The position numbers and the translations under genes were made by a program. From a virus (taxonomy: Duplodnaviria > Heunggongvirae > Uroviricota > Caudoviricetes): a stretch of DNA of 64,000 nucleotides. The stretch lies in IMG/VR virus record IMGVR_UViG_3300020426_000391. One strand, given 5' to 3'. Below the pieces are notes generated by a model. It was not told where the DNA came from. It saw only the letters and a program-made list of their open reading frames with translations, and searched no databases. Below are positions 63,811-64,000 of this stretch, one piece after another. The number at the start of each line of letters is the position of its first letter. The first letter of the stretch is position 1.

Positions 63811-64000
63811 ACCTCGGCTTTGCCGCGGCCCTGGTAATGTGGGCGAGTGGCTGCGACGGGCTGGTAGATGTCGGGATCGGCCCCGGGCTCCCAGGGGAAG
63901 CGATGCCCGCAATCGGCATAGACGATCTGCAGCCACGTGGGTGGCGTCCCCCATTGACAGCTCAGGACCTGCGTGGCCACGAAGCTGGCGAAGGCGTCGT
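63811..64000 (-). CDS. C-terminal fragment of a protein whose gene continues beyond the window
   Basis: My translation: ...DAFASFVATQVLSCQWGTPPTWLQIVYADCGHRFPWEPGADPDIYQPVAATRPHYQGRGKAEV, stop near 63811. Confidence 0.4.

Noticed and set aside
1-64000. CRISPR arrays, rRNA genes, transposases/IS elements, integrases, phage structural genes
   Set aside because: I scanned for regular direct repeats with spacers, DDE/integrase motifs, and capsid, portal or terminase signatures in the translations and found none. The only repeats are coding tandem repeats and terminator hairpins.

Overview
GC-rich window of 64 kb, probably from an alphaproteobacterium (an HWE-type 'HRxKN' histidine kinase is present). 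About 90 protein-coding genes are packed almost without gaps on the minus strand, many overlapping by ATGA. The only clear plus-strand gene is a CheY-like receiver (52315-52680). I count 13 tRNA or tRNA-like genes:
- a plus-strand array at 39994-40770 (Ser-CGA-like, Tyr-GUA-like, Leu-UAA, Leu-CAA, Leu-CAG, Leu-GAG, Gln-CUG);
- minus-strand singletons: two near-identical Arg-CCU copies 40 kb apart, Arg-UCU, Met-CAU, Gly-UCC;
- an atypical long-variable-arm tRNA with a GCA (Cys) anticodon and U73.
Translation and RNA-maintenance genes recognisable from motifs:
- seryl-tRNA synthetase, followed directly by a truncated HisRS-like catalytic core;
- PTH2-type peptidyl-tRNA hydrolase;
- Rnl-like RNA ligase;
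- small ATP-dependent DNA ligase with an adjacent HNH endonuclease.
Other gene content recognisable from motifs:
- a NADAR protein, an HD-domain (p)ppGpp-hydrolase-like protein, two metallophosphoesterases, a HAD-like hydrolase and a Pol-beta-type nucleotidyltransferase in an operon with three tiny proteins;
- two orphan C5-cytosine methyltransferases and a DUF262 protein;
- two S8 subtilases (one a large lipoprotein autotransporter), an FtsK/SpoIIIE-like ATPase, a CDF transporter, an SPFH/band-7 protein, a DUF192 protein and an ATP-grasp-like protein;
- a PAS-HWE histidine kinase with its receiver, an XRE regulator and an ACP-like protein.
There are four tandem pairs of paralogous hypothetical genes and many ORFans. 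No capsid, portal, terminase or tail genes, no integrase and no CRISPR array were recognised. The strand bias, gene packing, tRNA load and the ligase, methyltransferase, NADAR and alarmone-hydrolase content resemble the auxiliary region of a large tRNA-rich phage or prophage. A plasmid or chromosomal island cannot be excluded from this window. All assignments are from reading motifs in the six-frame translations; no searches were run. Base-level coordinates of starts may be off by a few nucleotides.
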